A stretch of 64,000 bases of DNA from a virus (lineage: Duplodnaviria > Caudoviricetes), in IMG/VR virus record IMGVR_UViG_3300036783_000080, positions 86,651-150,650 of that record. One strand, written 5' to 3'. Position numbers and translations under genes: made by a program. A model generated the notes under the pieces. That model was not told where the DNA came from. It ran no database searches and was given only the letters and a program-made list of their open reading frames with translations. Shown piece by piece: positions 44,898 to 56,500 of the stretch. How positions within the stretch are numbered: the first letter of the stretch is position 1; every line of letters starts with the position of its first letter.

Positions 44898-46376
44898 CTA
44901 TTTGTCTTTATTTAATATATTCATAACATCGCTCGTTACTGCGCCACCAGAATTTTCTTTATTGCTCCATTCTTTCTGTGGCTTCTTCTTTTCATACGTT
45001 TTCTTTTTGAATCCACTATCGTTATCATCATCGAAATCGTCATCATCATCGTGGTCTTCCATTTCAAACGCCGCTTGACGCTCCTCATTAGATTTAACGG
45101 TCATTTTGTCATAATAGATATCACAACAAACTGTCTCGTTATCTTGACCATTACGGTGTTTTGCGATGTAGTAACGAACTTCACCAGCTCGTTTCTCCTT
45201 CTTCGTTTGAGATAATGCCATCATAAAGTCAGCAACCGCCGCTTTACCGAATGCCTCAGCCAAGTCACCGATTGTAACAACTTTCTTAGATAATGCCGCA
45301 CGGTTTGTCTGTGAAGCTCCCCAAACTGCACAATCGAATAGTGAACCAAGAGCACGAACATCTTCATATAAAATCTCAAGCTCTGTACGTCTTTCACCAT
45401 ATGTTCTTGAAGGTTTCATTAAGTCAGGGTAGTCAATAATGATTACATCTGGAATGAAGTTCTTTGAGATACGTAATTTTGTAATTAATGATTTAATTGT
45501 ATCTGGTGAACAAGTTCTCGGTGCAAACTCTTTGATTACAAGTTTACCTTTACGGTGTTTTGAAATAAGATGTAAGGATTTCTTAACTGCATCTAAGTTT
45601 CCTTTAATGTAGTCAGAAGTCTTCTCAGTGAATTTCATATCATAACGTTGAGAAATACGTTCCTCTGACATTTCCAGAGTTATGTGAAGAACGTTTTTGC
45701 CTTTAAGAATCGCACTAGCACCGATATTGATAAGGGTTAATGTTTTACCAGAGCCTGGAGGAGCAATTACAATCCCCAGTTCTTTTCTTCCTAATCCGCC
45801 TTTCATAATAACGTCAAGCAGTTCTATTCCTGTAGGAATCTTTTCTGCATCTGGCTTGTTATAAATGTCATCAACACGTTCATCAATCTGTTCAAAGTAG
45901 TCCATTCCCATATCTCCCAAGTCAACTCCAACTTGGTTCGCTTCCTTGATACGAGCTTCCACCTTTTCAAAGTTCTTACCAGCCTTCACATCGTCAATAG
46001 AGTCAAAGATTGCTTGAGTGAGAGCTTGTCTCCTCCCAAACTCAACTATTTTGTCTTTCACATACTCCATATCAGCTAAGTCCATATCTGCCAATATGTC
46101 AACCTCTTTAACGTAGTCTTTAAACTTTTCTTTCTTTACTTTCGATGATGTGCAAAGCGTTCTTACTTCTTCAAACATAGCTTCTAACGTTGGTGGTGTT
46201 TCATACTTCTCATAAAAGTTCAAAATAATACGAGCCAAATCAATATGAATTTCTGACTCGAAATATTTGGGCTTTATGACTTCTTGGTATAAAGCATAGC
46301 AAGTAGCGTCACGCCAAAGTAATGATAAAATCTTTGACTGGAATGTTGAACTGAAGTCATATACATCTGTTGCCAA
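44898..46376 (-). CDS. DnaB-like replicative helicase
   Basis: APPGSGKT, TLEMS, IIDY, ASQTNR, KHRNG. Confidence 0.92.
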   Translation of the reverse strand: MATDVYDFSSTFQSKILSLLWRDATCYALYQEVIKPKYFESEIHIDLARIILNFYEKYETPPTLEAMFEEVRTLCTSSKVKKEKFKDYVKEVDILADMDLADMEYVKDKIVEFGRRQALTQAIFDSIDDVKAGKNFEKVEARIKEANQVGVDLGDMGMDYFEQIDERVDDIYNKPDAEKIPTGIELLDVIMKGGLGRKELGIVIAPPGSGKTLTLINIGASAILKGKNVLHITLEMSEERISQRYDMKFTEKTSDYIKGNLDAVKKSLHLISKHRKGKLVIKEFAPRTCSPDTIKSLITKLRISKNFIPDVIIIDYPDLMKPSRTYGERRTELEILYEDVRALGSLFDCAVWGASQTNRAALSKKVVTIGDLAEAFGKAAVADFMMALSQTKKEKRAGEVRYYIAKHRNGQDNETVCCDIYYDKMTVKSNEERQAAFEMEDHDDDDDFDDDNDSGFKKKTYEKKKPQKEWSNKENSGGAVTSDVMNILNKDK

Positions 46377-46400
46377 AACATCGTCCTCCCTTCTCTACAA

Positions 46401-46433
46401 TAAATAAAGTCTCTCAATGAAAACCTTACTCTT
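46401..46433 (-). promoter_or_regulatory. phage middle-type promoter
   Basis: AAGAGT-N18-CTTTATTTA. Confidence 0.55.
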
Positions 46434-47688
46434 GTAATTCATTCATCTCATCGAATGTCATATTTGCAGGGATTTTAAATTCAGCTTCAAACATTTCAAC
46501 TGTCTTCGTAATTACTTTCTGAAGTCGCTTGCTTGAATTATACAAACTGAATTGCCCTCTAATCTTCTCATACTTCTCAAATAGTTTTGCATCTCTCGCT
46601 TCAATCGTATCGGCATCTAAAGCAGCAAAGTATTCTTTAAACCAAGGAACAGACCATAAGTAGCTAGGTGGCATTGCCATCCAGTTCTCTTCAATACGGA
46701 TGACTTTACTCATCTTTCTATCCAAGTCCGTATCACCAGTTGTGTAATAACCCATCGTTGTAACTGTCTTCGCTATCTCGTTTATAATTTCCGTTTGTTT
46801 TGACTTGGCTCTCTTTGCCTTTACTTTGTTTCCTCTGATGTTATATGAGGAAATCTCTTCCATATCCTTAATCCATCTCTCAAAGTAGTTCTGACCATTC
46901 GCTGAACAAAGCATTTTAGGAAGTGGAAACTTGATTTTTGAGTTCTTCCAGTGTTTCTTCGCTCTATCAAACTGACAATCCAAATACAGTTCTGGATTCC
47001 AACCTTTCTCCTTACACATTGTGTAAAGCTTATCAAAGTATTTCCAGTTCTTGTGTTCCTTTGGGTCACCTTTTCTTGATACAGCAAAGTAGCCACCTCT
47101 GTTCGTAAACTCACGAGCCAGAAACTCATAATGTCGAACTACGTTCAGCACTTTACGTTCTGAATAGTTTAAAGGTAATCTTCCAAGCTCAATTAACTTC
47201 TGACGAGAACGTTCAGCCAGTTCATTATTCTCGTTAGCGGCTACTTCAATTGAGTCCGTTTTCGGTTTATTCTTTATAATGATAGGGATTCTGATAATTG
47301 TCTCCACATTTTGTTCCTCCTCTTTTTTCTGTTCAATTGGGCTGAAGAAGTCAGCAGTGATGATTATACGGTTGTTTTCCTTAAATCTGTCTGAACGTAT
47401 AATACGAACTAAAGCCACATCTTCCAAACGATTTAAAGAGGAGGCAGTTGTTGTGACAGTAGCTCCTAATCGAACAGCCAATGTTCTTTGAGATACGTCA
47501 ATAACTGGTTCATTGTTCTTTGTTAAAATTCCCTTTTTTGAATTACAAATTAAAAAACCGTAATGCAAAAGAATGCGATACAGTTTTATGTCTACTGGTT
47601 TCAGTTGTTCGCAATCCCATACCTCATCAGGGATTGTTATTGCACCTTCCGCTCTTTCTTTGATTCTATCAATAACCGTTGCATTCAT
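46426..47688 (-). CDS. winged-HTH replication initiator-like protein
   Basis: SQRTLAVRLGATVTTTASSLNRLE; between helicases. Confidence 0.65.
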   Translation of the reverse strand: MNATVIDRIKERAEGAITIPDEVWDCEQLKPVDIKLYRILLHYGFLICNSKKGILTKNNEPVIDVSQRTLAVRLGATVTTTASSLNRLEDVALVRIIRSDRFKENNRIIITADFFSPIEQKKEEEQNVETIIRIPIIIKNKPKTDSIEVAANENNELAERSRQKLIELGRLPLNYSERKVLNVVRHYEFLAREFTNRGGYFAVSRKGDPKEHKNWKYFDKLYTMCKEKGWNPELYLDCQFDRAKKHWKNSKIKFPLPKMLCSANGQNYFERWIKDMEEISSYNIRGNKVKAKRAKSKQTEIINEIAKTVTTMGYYTTGDTDLDRKMSKVIRIEENWMAMPPSYLWSVPWFKEYFAALDADTIEARDAKLFEKYEKIRGQFSLYNSSKRLQKVITKTVEMFEAEFKIPANMTFDEMNELQE

Positions 47689-47764
47689 TCTTATTAACTC
47701 CCTTCAGTTTATCTCGTACGCATTCTATAATCTCTTTTCTTGCCTTCGCTCTTTTAAACCCGAT

Positions 47765-47797
47765 TAATAGAACGTAACGGAATCGCTCTGTCATCCT
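47765..47797 (-). promoter_or_regulatory. phage middle-type promoter
   Basis: AGGATG-N18-GTTCTATTA. Confidence 0.55.
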
Positions 47798-47818
47798 GTA
47801 ATCAATTAATGAATAAAT

Positions 47819-49513
47819 TTAGTCCTTCACCTTCTTGATTTCAAATTTTTCGTTTTTGTAATACTTGAATCGTTCTTGCGTATGTTTTGTCAGATATTCT
47901 GTCGTATAGTCAAGATAGTCATATACTTCTAAACCACTTTTGTCAGCCTTGACACGAAGTCCTCTTCCAACCCTTTGTAATGTCTGTCTATATGACTTTC
48001 CTGCAGCAGCCATGAATAAGCAGTTGATATTGTTCACGTCCACTCCTTCATCCAGTATTGGGGTTGAGATTAGCACCTTCAATTTTCCTTCACGCAACTC
48101 TTGAAGGACTCTTTCACGGTCTTCATCCTTTCGTTTCCCATGAGTAAACTCACAATGAACTCCCTCTGATTTCAACATATCTTCCAAAAGTTCACCGTGC
48201 TCAATCCTACCAACTATGATGAGACAACCTTTGTCTTCTCTATATTTTTCAACAACTCGTCTCACAATACGTTCATTCCGTAATTTATTCTCAGCTATCC
48301 CAATTCTGTAAGCTTCCTGCCAACTTTTCGTTTTGAATACAGGTTCATCAACCGTTTCAAACAGTATTGTAGGCTTTGCGCTGTAGCCTTCGTTTATTAA
48401 GAACTCATTAGAAATCTTGGTGAGAATACCTCCTGTACAGGCAAGCATACGCATGTATGTTACAGAATCTCGGTCATCAACAGTACCTGTTAAACCAATT
48501 CTGAACTCTGCATTCTCACAACCCATAAGCGTTTCATACCAGGTTTTCGAATTTGCGTGATGATATTCATCCCCAATGAAACAAATAGCAGAGTCAATCA
48601 GGTCTTTTGCTTTGTCAAACTTGTCTGTAATTGCTTTTCGTTTCTTCTTCTCAAACTTGTCCAAAGCCTTCTCCATTTTGATAAACTGTTTCTTCAGAGA
48701 ATCTTTAGAAGACATAACGCTAAACAGAAGGCTTGCGGCACTTTGTTCAACCTCTCCATCAATATCTTGTAACATTGAGATGACGTCTTGTACTTCTCGT
48801 TTTGAATCAGGTCTTCCAGACTCGAACAAGTCCATAACATATTTAACAGCTTTCATTTCACCAGTGTATGTTATCTCAACACCATTAATCGACTTCAAGC
48901 GGCTCACCAAGGTAGGAATCATAACAACGTTAACAACTCGTTCATCCCAAGTGCTCCCTGCTATTCTCCCAACTTCAATTCCAAGCCGCTCTTCAATACG
49001 TTTGGCTGATTGGTGAAAGATTTCTGTGTTATGCGTTACGAAGAGAATCTTCTGACCTTTCTTCAAATTTGGAAGGAGCTGCTGAATAATACCAGAAGCA
49101 ATCTCAGTCTTCCCACCGTTTGTAGCAACGTTTACAATCCCTCTCTTTAACTCAAGAGATAACTTAACAGCTTCATGTTGATAGTCTCGCAGAGTAATGC
49201 TCCCAAATTCTTCGTGTGCTAATACGATTTCATCAGGGACACTCACCTTGAACATCTTGTCTTCGTATTCTCGCTCAATCTCATACTCATCAAGGATATC
49301 TTCAATGAAAGCAATCAGACCTGAAGGGAATGTATAATTTTTCTTGTCATAGAAATGTTCCTTCCCATCCCATCTTCCTGATTTATATCTCTTGTCAAAG
49401 TAATAATTCTTGTGTTTAACAGATAGTACTGCATCTATTTCTGCTAAAATGTCCTCATCCTCTTTTGTTACGTCTACAAACCTTGAATAAGTATTCCCAA
49501 TGACTAGTTTCAA
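47819..49513 (-). CDS. SF2 DEAD/H helicase, UvsW-like
   Basis: LRDYQ, ATNGGKT, DEYHH, GLTGT, EGVD, QRVGRGLR. Confidence 0.92.
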   Translation of the reverse strand: MKLVIGNTYSRFVDVTKEDEDILAEIDAVLSVKHKNYYFDKRYKSGRWDGKEHFYDKKNYTFPSGLIAFIEDILDEYEIEREYEDKMFKVSVPDEIVLAHEEFGSITLRDYQHEAVKLSLELKRGIVNVATNGGKTEIASGIIQQLLPNLKKGQKILFVTHNTEIFHQSAKRIEERLGIEVGRIAGSTWDERVVNVVMIPTLVSRLKSINGVEITYTGEMKAVKYVMDLFESGRPDSKREVQDVISMLQDIDGEVEQSAASLLFSVMSSKDSLKKQFIKMEKALDKFEKKKRKAITDKFDKAKDLIDSAICFIGDEYHHANSKTWYETLMGCENAEFRIGLTGTVDDRDSVTYMRMLACTGGILTKISNEFLINEGYSAKPTILFETVDEPVFKTKSWQEAYRIGIAENKLRNERIVRRVVEKYREDKGCLIIVGRIEHGELLEDMLKSEGVHCEFTHGKRKDEDRERVLQELREGKLKVLISTPILDEGVDVNNINCLFMAAAGKSYRQTLQRVGRGLRVKADKSGLEVYDYLDYTTEYLTKHTQERFKYYKNEKFEIKKVKD

Positions 49514-49538
49514 GGCAACTCACTCCTTTCTACTCACT

Positions 49539-49572
49539 TAATATAAACGGTTTAACCTCAAAGTACACTCCT
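49539..49572 (-). promoter_or_regulatory. phage middle-type promoter
   Basis: AGGAGT-N18-GTTTATATTA. Confidence 0.7.
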
Positions 49573-49747
49573 GTTATCAATCAGGCGGCTTGGAACAAGC
49601 TGCTTATTTTACGAAGTAAAATATAAGATATATGTACTTTAGAAAAGATAACTATGTTATATGCTCTTAATCTTTAGAAAAGATATGTGTTCTTTATTTT
49701 AGCCCAAAAAATTATGACCATTAAATCCATAGCTCTGAATTCATTAT

Positions 49748-49776
49748 AATATGACGCTCTATTTTTCAATCTAACG
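49748..49776 (-). promoter_or_regulatory. possible SPO1-type late promoter
   Basis: CGTTAGA-N16-CATATT versus SPO1 late consensus CGTTAGA/GATATT. Confidence 0.4.
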
Positions 49777-49906
49777 AGTTTTTCTGCTTTAGAATATAAA
49801 TAGACTCGGAAAGAAATATAACAGAAATTTAATGTGCTATAATTCGTTAGACAAAAAGAAAAGAGCAAGGATTTCTCCCTGCTCTCTCACTTGCCAACTT
49901 CATCTT

Positions 49907-50104
49907 TTATCGTGAGTTGGACTTCATATACTCCAAAAGTGGGTCTGGACGTTTCGGAAGCACTACAATCTCATCAAATTCTTCTTTTGTAATCCATCGG
50001 TTTTTGTATAAACGTTCTAAATCAGCTGGAGTTTTGATTGCATTGATTTCGTACTGTTCTTTGATGAATTCATAACATGGGCTATGTTGGATTTGTTCTG
50101 CCAT
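49907..50104 (-). CDS. XkdX-like small protein
   Basis: YEFIKEQY...WITKEEFDEI; follows tail-fibre genes. Confidence 0.6.
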   Translation of the reverse strand: MAEQIQHSPCYEFIKEQYEINAIKTPADLERLYKNRWITKEEFDEIVVLPKRPDPLLEYMKSNSR

Positions 50105-50184
50105 ATGTATCACCTCCTATATACTCAACAATATACTTTGAAACGACTTTATTTTTATTTAATCGTCCTTTTTCGCTATACTTT

Positions 50185-50586
50185 TTAGAATGGAAGTTTT
50201 CCATTCATCTGCATTCCCATAATCATGTTCATTAGCTGAACGGATGTGTTTTCGACTTTTACAAGTCTTCCTGTCAACGTTGCGTTAGTCGCTTTCAACT
50301 CTTTGTTTTCCTCTTCTGTATCCTTAAGTTGCTGTTTCGCAATTTCAAGTTGACGTTGTATGGACAAACAATATTGTTTTACATCCTTTGCGATAACTTC
50401 ATCCGTCAAGAACTCTGTCGGAATTTCAACAGAGTCCTCAACGATAATAAAGTTTGCTCCAACTTCAGAAATTTCACCATCATGCCATGAAACACGTTTT
50501 CCTTCAACGACAACGCCCAAAAGTTTTTCTTGTTTATCAAAAATTCTTTTGTCATCACCATACGCAACGAATTTCAATGCTCTCAC
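50185..50586 (-). CDS. putative tail-fibre-associated / chaperone protein
   Basis: C-terminal coiled coil; position between fibre and XkdX-like gene. Confidence 0.5.
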   Translation of the reverse strand: MRALKFVAYGDDKRIFDKQEKLLGVVVEGKRVSWHDGEISEVGANFIIVEDSVEIPTEFLTDEVIAKDVKQYCLSIQRQLEIAKQQLKDTEEENKELKATNATLTGRLVKVENTSVQLMNMIMGMQMNGKLPF

Positions 50587-50589
50587 TCC

Positions 50590-53500
50590 TTATATCTTCA
50601 CTTTGTAAGTCACTTCAACATAACATTCGTTCTGCATCTTCGCATAGTAAGTAGTGTTGTCAGATGCAGCATATACTGCAATACCTCTAGCCCACTTACT
50701 ATTAATTCTGAAGTTGTCCATGTTGTTTCCTGTTAAGTCTACCCAACCGCCACCTCCACGTGGTAAACTAATCATGTTTACGCCGCTAGACATAGATGGG
50801 TCTCCTCCAGGTTTTGATTGGTGAGGATGAGTTCTAACGAATATATCTGTGTTACCTCCATTACCAGCACCATTGATACGTCCAACCCAAACACGAACGG
50901 ATTGAATTTCTGTAACGTTACCTCCATAAATAGTGTTCCACATATCATCAGGGAAGAACCAGCAACCTTTCCATTGACCATAGTCTGCATATTTACCTTG
51001 TAACGGAACATCTTCATCAGGTTTCCAACGAGAGCTTCCAAGGAAGTACCCATATGAATCGCAGTGATATGACGTCCAAGTTCTGGTAATTGTTTGGAAC
51101 TGAGCTGGTGGTGGTGGTGGCGGAGATGATGTGAATACCCCTTTTGTACGGTTGTCATTAGAGAAATCTCCATTTATAATCCCGCCATTTATACCTCTTC
51201 CATAACTTGAATTACCCCATGGAGTAGAACCCCAACCAGATACATGAGAAGCTGTACCTGCAGTATAAGCATAAGGAGCATCCCCACCTGTATTAGCCGT
51301 CATAGTTGCAACTGTTCCGTAACCACAGAATATCAACTCATTCTTCGCTTTGTTTAATTCACTACTATGACACTCAAAGTCACTATGATGAGCAAATATA
51401 ACTTGTTCGTTGTTTGCTCCACCATTCATAATTGAACCTCTTATAATAACTTTAGAAGAATAGGACTCAACTATTGCTCCACCAGCGTTGTTATAAGAGA
51501 AATCATTAAACATATTTTGTATCGTGATGTCATCACACTGACGAATTGTAATTTTTCCTGTCATCGTGAAATGTCCATAATAACCAGCGATTGTAGCATT
51601 CCAAGTTGGATACTCTTTTACTTTTCTCCATGTTTTGTTATCCTCTGATACTTCTAACAGAACATTTTTATGAGTCTGTGCCTGTCCATTATGGTTACTT
51701 AACCAGAAAGTAAATGAACCAACTCGCTCATAAACTTTACCCAAATCGGCAGTTAAATATCTTCTGTTTCCATCTACGCCACCATATAAGTCTGTATAAG
51801 TGCCCCAGTCATCGTCTATGGCAGCTGCTGGTCCCATATTAGGCTGTCCTGGCATATTACTCGTGGCACTAACGAACTTCATACCGACTCCATCTTCAGT
51901 GTATGCCGCAAGAGTACGTACATAAAGGGAAGCTGGTCCAGTAGCTCCAGCACTAGTAATTGTTCCAGTGGTGCTCAATCTCGCCCAACGAACGTTGTAA
52001 TGAGCAGGCATTAGTTTAATTCCACCAATACCTTTAAATCCAGATATGTCAAGATTTTCAGAATAGAAACACGGAACAATTTTTATTTCAACGTTATGTG
52101 CTAAATATTTTGGAAGTCGGTTGATTGCCTCTTGTATACTTCTAACTGGGTCACCAAACACTCCTGAAGCGTTGTTACTTCCATTTTCACCATCTACCCA
52201 TATTTCAACATAACCGCCACGATAGTTAGGATGATTCTGAGATGTCATCTGTAACACGTTTTTAGCTGTCAAATAGTCGATACTTAAACGAGAGAAACCA
52301 CCGTCTTCAGCACTTAGCATACCTACAGATTCACCATTCTTGTCAAATATCTCCATTCTACCATTGACGTTGTTCGCTCCCCCAAGCTTAATTGTACCGC
52401 CAGCAATCATATCAAATGTAACATAACCTTCTAACTGAATCTGGTTAGCTTTGATTTTGATTGTTGTAGCTGTCTGGTTGATTAAAGAAGAAATGGTGTT
52501 ACCAGTGAAATCTGTTTTGGACACTCGTAAGTCAATTTCAGTACCCAAGTTTGTGATAGTTGCCTCAGCCTTCGCTACTCGGTCAGCTACAGCTCCTGTA
52601 CCAGAGTTGATACCTTGTACAACACCTTTGATGACTCTCGTGAAAATTTCAGAGTTAGATGACAACTTGGCATCCGTTGTACCATACACTTCAATACCTG
52701 CTCCTGTACCAAGACCTTTTAGTCCTAACAGAGCAAAGGGAACACGTCCATTTTGAGGAGTGCCAGAACCACCTATTGTTTGAAGTGCTTGTAACAATTC
52801 AGGCTTCGTAATCGCTATAGCATCTTGAGATGTTAAGGTAATAATCATATCAGTTGCAAAAGAGTTAATCTTGTCTGCTACTTGTACCTGGATTGGGTCA
52901 CTTGGAGTCGCATAGACATCATAAGTTTGGTCGAACACGACAGATAAATCAGATTTTTTAAGAGCTGTCAGTCTCAACCCACGTCCCGTGGCATCATAGA
53001 TTGTTTTTCCTGACACCTGAAGAATACGGTTTCCAGTGTGGTTTAATCCCGTACCTCTCATGTATATGACACCATCAATCATTTGTTGGTCGATATCTTC
53101 AGGAGCTGGTGACCAATCAGTTGCTTTGTTACCAGTCTCAATCTTAAGATTAGAGATTGTCACTTTAGCTCCAACTGGAACGTTGTCCAATCTAATGTTT
53201 ACACCAGTAAACGGTGCTCCTGTCATTGTCTTAACAGCAGAATAACGTCCACTTGTGTTACTTGTAGAGAATGTTATTTTGTCAGCGATAACTGGCCAAG
53301 GATTGCTTCCTTGCAAATACATAGTACCACCAGGAGTTCCCTCAATCTTCCAATCGAATGTTACACAATAAGAAGCTGCCGCAATAATAACTTTTGAGTC
53401 TCCACCAGCAAAGTTGTAGATTGTTAACCCTTGGTTGGTTGTATTCGTTCCTACGATTGTTGCTGGTGTTCCAGTTCCAAGCAATACGTTTCTGCCACCG

Positions 53501-56500
53501 ACATTAATGTTATTAACATTACCTTGGATTGTCTCGTTAATCTTTTTAATTAACTGAGCTTTTCTGTCATAGTAATCATCAAACTGTCCACGGAACGTTG
53601 TTCCGTTAATGTCATCTGTTGCTTGCATATTCTTCAGATAACCAGGAGTTGTATTCAGAACGTTGTTCAACGTATTGTAAGCATTTACATAGTTTGTTTT
53701 CTCTGTTCCGATAGCGAATGAGTTTGCAAGAGCTTCGTATTGTGGTTTTTCAGCCACCATAGTCGCCCACTCTTTCTTAAGTTGGACTTTTTCAACTGGT
53801 GTAAGCTTACTGTCTGATGACATGTTAGCAATGGCATCTTTACTTTCCTGAGCCTTTTTGTCAGTATTACTAATTAACCCAGTGATGTCCTCTGGTGCAG
53901 GTGACCAGTCCATCGGTTTGTTCCCTTTATACAACGCTACCCACTCCACTGTCGCTTGAGTAGTGTTTTGAGGAACATTATACAGACTTAACTTTCTTTC
54001 ATTACCTGCGGTTGTAGCAACAGCCTTAAACGTTACATAGTAAACACCATTCGCATATTGAGTTGTTGCATATCCTACATTGGTTGAACCTCCATTTTGC
54101 CAGATACCGAACTTTTGCCCTGCTGGAACAGTACCTTTAACCATAAATGTATATTCTTGACCAGCTATAAAGTTCTCAGACAATGTGTACATTCTCAGTA
54201 GATAGTCTGTTGAGTTGGTAATAGGAAAAGTAGATTCAAGAATTAAGTTACGTCCACCAACGTTAATCCCGTCAACATTACCTTGTATTGTTTCATTGAT
54301 TTTCTTCGTTAATATCGCTAACTTGCTGTAATAGTCATCAAACATTGCTCGGAACGTTGCACCGTTTATGTCATCTGTTGTCTGCATATTCTTTAAGTAC
54401 CCAGGTGTCGTGTTCAAGTTTGTATTTAAAGTGTTATACGCAGTAACAAAGTTGTTCTTCTCTGTTGTAATCCCAAATCCATTAGCCAGAGCCTCATATT
54501 GAGGTTTCTCAGCAGTCATAGTTGACCACTCTTTCTTCAACTGTACCTTTTCTACTGGTGTTAACTTGCTATCTGAAGACATGTTAGCAATTGCATCTTT
54601 ACTATCTTGTGCTTTCTTATCTGCACCACTGATTAACTCATCAATATCAGCAGGAGCTGGAGACCAACTTGATGGTCTAGTTCCTTCTTCCAGTTGAGGT
54701 CTTGACATTTTCATAAAACCATTTTGACTAAGGGAAATCATAAATTCAACGTTTGGTTTTACTTCAACATCAAGAGTTACGGAAGCTGACACATAAGTCC
54801 AAGTATTTTTAGGGATGATAGATAAATCTATACTCATTTTATCAGACATTGCGGCATTGTCTTTCCGATAGAATCGAACTGCCAAGTTGTTATCTGACGT
54901 GGTAGTCATAGCTATGCTACTGTCAACATACACCCAAGCACTAATTGAATAGGAGCTTCCCACAGATGTATTAGGGATACTTGGAACGTTCTGTGAAAGT
55001 TGTGCTCTTGGGTTACCAGTAGCAAAGTTTGTTCTTTTCAACGTTACAGATGCACTTCCTTGGAAGTCGTTTTCTATAACAGGAGGGTTACCATTCCAGT
55101 TTTTTATCGGAACAAATGAAGTGTATCTCAGAATGTTTGAACCACCAACTTTGATACCATCAATGTTTCCTTGAAGAACGTTATTGATTTTCTTAGTCAA
55201 CTGGGCTTTCTTATCATAGTAGTCGTCAAACTGACCACGGAATGTTGCACCATTTATATCATCTGTTGCTTGCATATTCTTCAAATATCCAGGCGTTGTA
55301 TTCAGAATGGTGTTAAGAGTATTGTAAGCTGTAACAAAGGCGTTTTTCTCTGTTGTAATTCCGAATGAAGTTGCTAGCGATTCATATTGAGGTTTCTCTG
55401 CAACCATAGTAGCCCATTCTTTCTTCAACTGTACCTTTTCAACAGGAGTTAACTTGCTATCTGAAGACATATTCGCAATGGCATCTTTACTTTCTTGAGC
55501 CTTTTTGTCAGTGTTACTAATTAAATCATTAATATCTTCTGTTGCTAGACTCCAATCAGTTGCTTTGTTACCTCTTTCAAGTTGGACTCCAGTAGCAATA
55601 CCTGCAGATGCTGGTGATGTACCATCTTGTCCAATGTAGATACTTGTTGAGCTACCTTTCGCAACAAATGTGTGAACAATTCGTATCCACTTTCCAATTA
55701 CTGCTGGAGTGCTTGTCATTGTCCATTTAACATTGGAATCTCCTTCTTGAACTTTGATAATACCATCTTTACTCATTTTGAACCAAGCAGACAATGTATA
55801 AGTCTCTCCTTGAGTTACTGCAACGTTGTCTAACGCATAACCGTATTCGCCAGCAGCTGGAGCATCAAATTGGAATCCTGTTCCAAACCCTGCTAAGTCA
55901 ACTGCTACACCTGGTGTTCTTGTTCCGCCTGTTGTACCCCAGTTTCTCCATTTCCCTAGTGTTTTGAATACTGAGTTTGGAATGATATTGTTACCGCCTA
56001 TAACGATGTTATTGACCATATTTCTGATATCATTAACGGAAGGAGTCCAATCAGTTGCTTTACTGCCCTTTTCTAACTTTATAAGTCCTATTCGTCCAGA
56101 TGTACTTCCAGTGCCGTTACTTGTAACCCTAAAGATAAATTGGATGAAAGTTGCGTCTGGTTGTGTTCTGATTGTTGTTCCAAAGTCTGTTCTCGGTGAT
56201 GACATATCAAAAGCTTTGCCGCTATAATTCGTTTTGTTCTCCATGTATACTGCTGTTGGAGTATTGTCAGCTTTCTTCTCCCAAAGGAATGTACTGAAAG
56301 TTCCTCCTCCATTGAAGGAAAGCGTATATTCTGTGTTAGGTTCAACAGGAATACGTTGTACAAAATCTGAATAAGTTCCAGATGTTCCCCCAACTGTTAA
56401 TATAGCATTTTTAACTCCATTCGGCATAATTCCAGTTTCTACTTTTGCATAAGTCGGGTTAATACCCCAAGGAGACATATCATCAAACGCTGTTCCATCT

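Noticed and set aside
53490-55555. CRISPR array or diversity-generating retroelement TR/VR pair
   Set aside because: Repeats are long, in-frame and protein-coding; no reverse transcriptase or cas gene in the window
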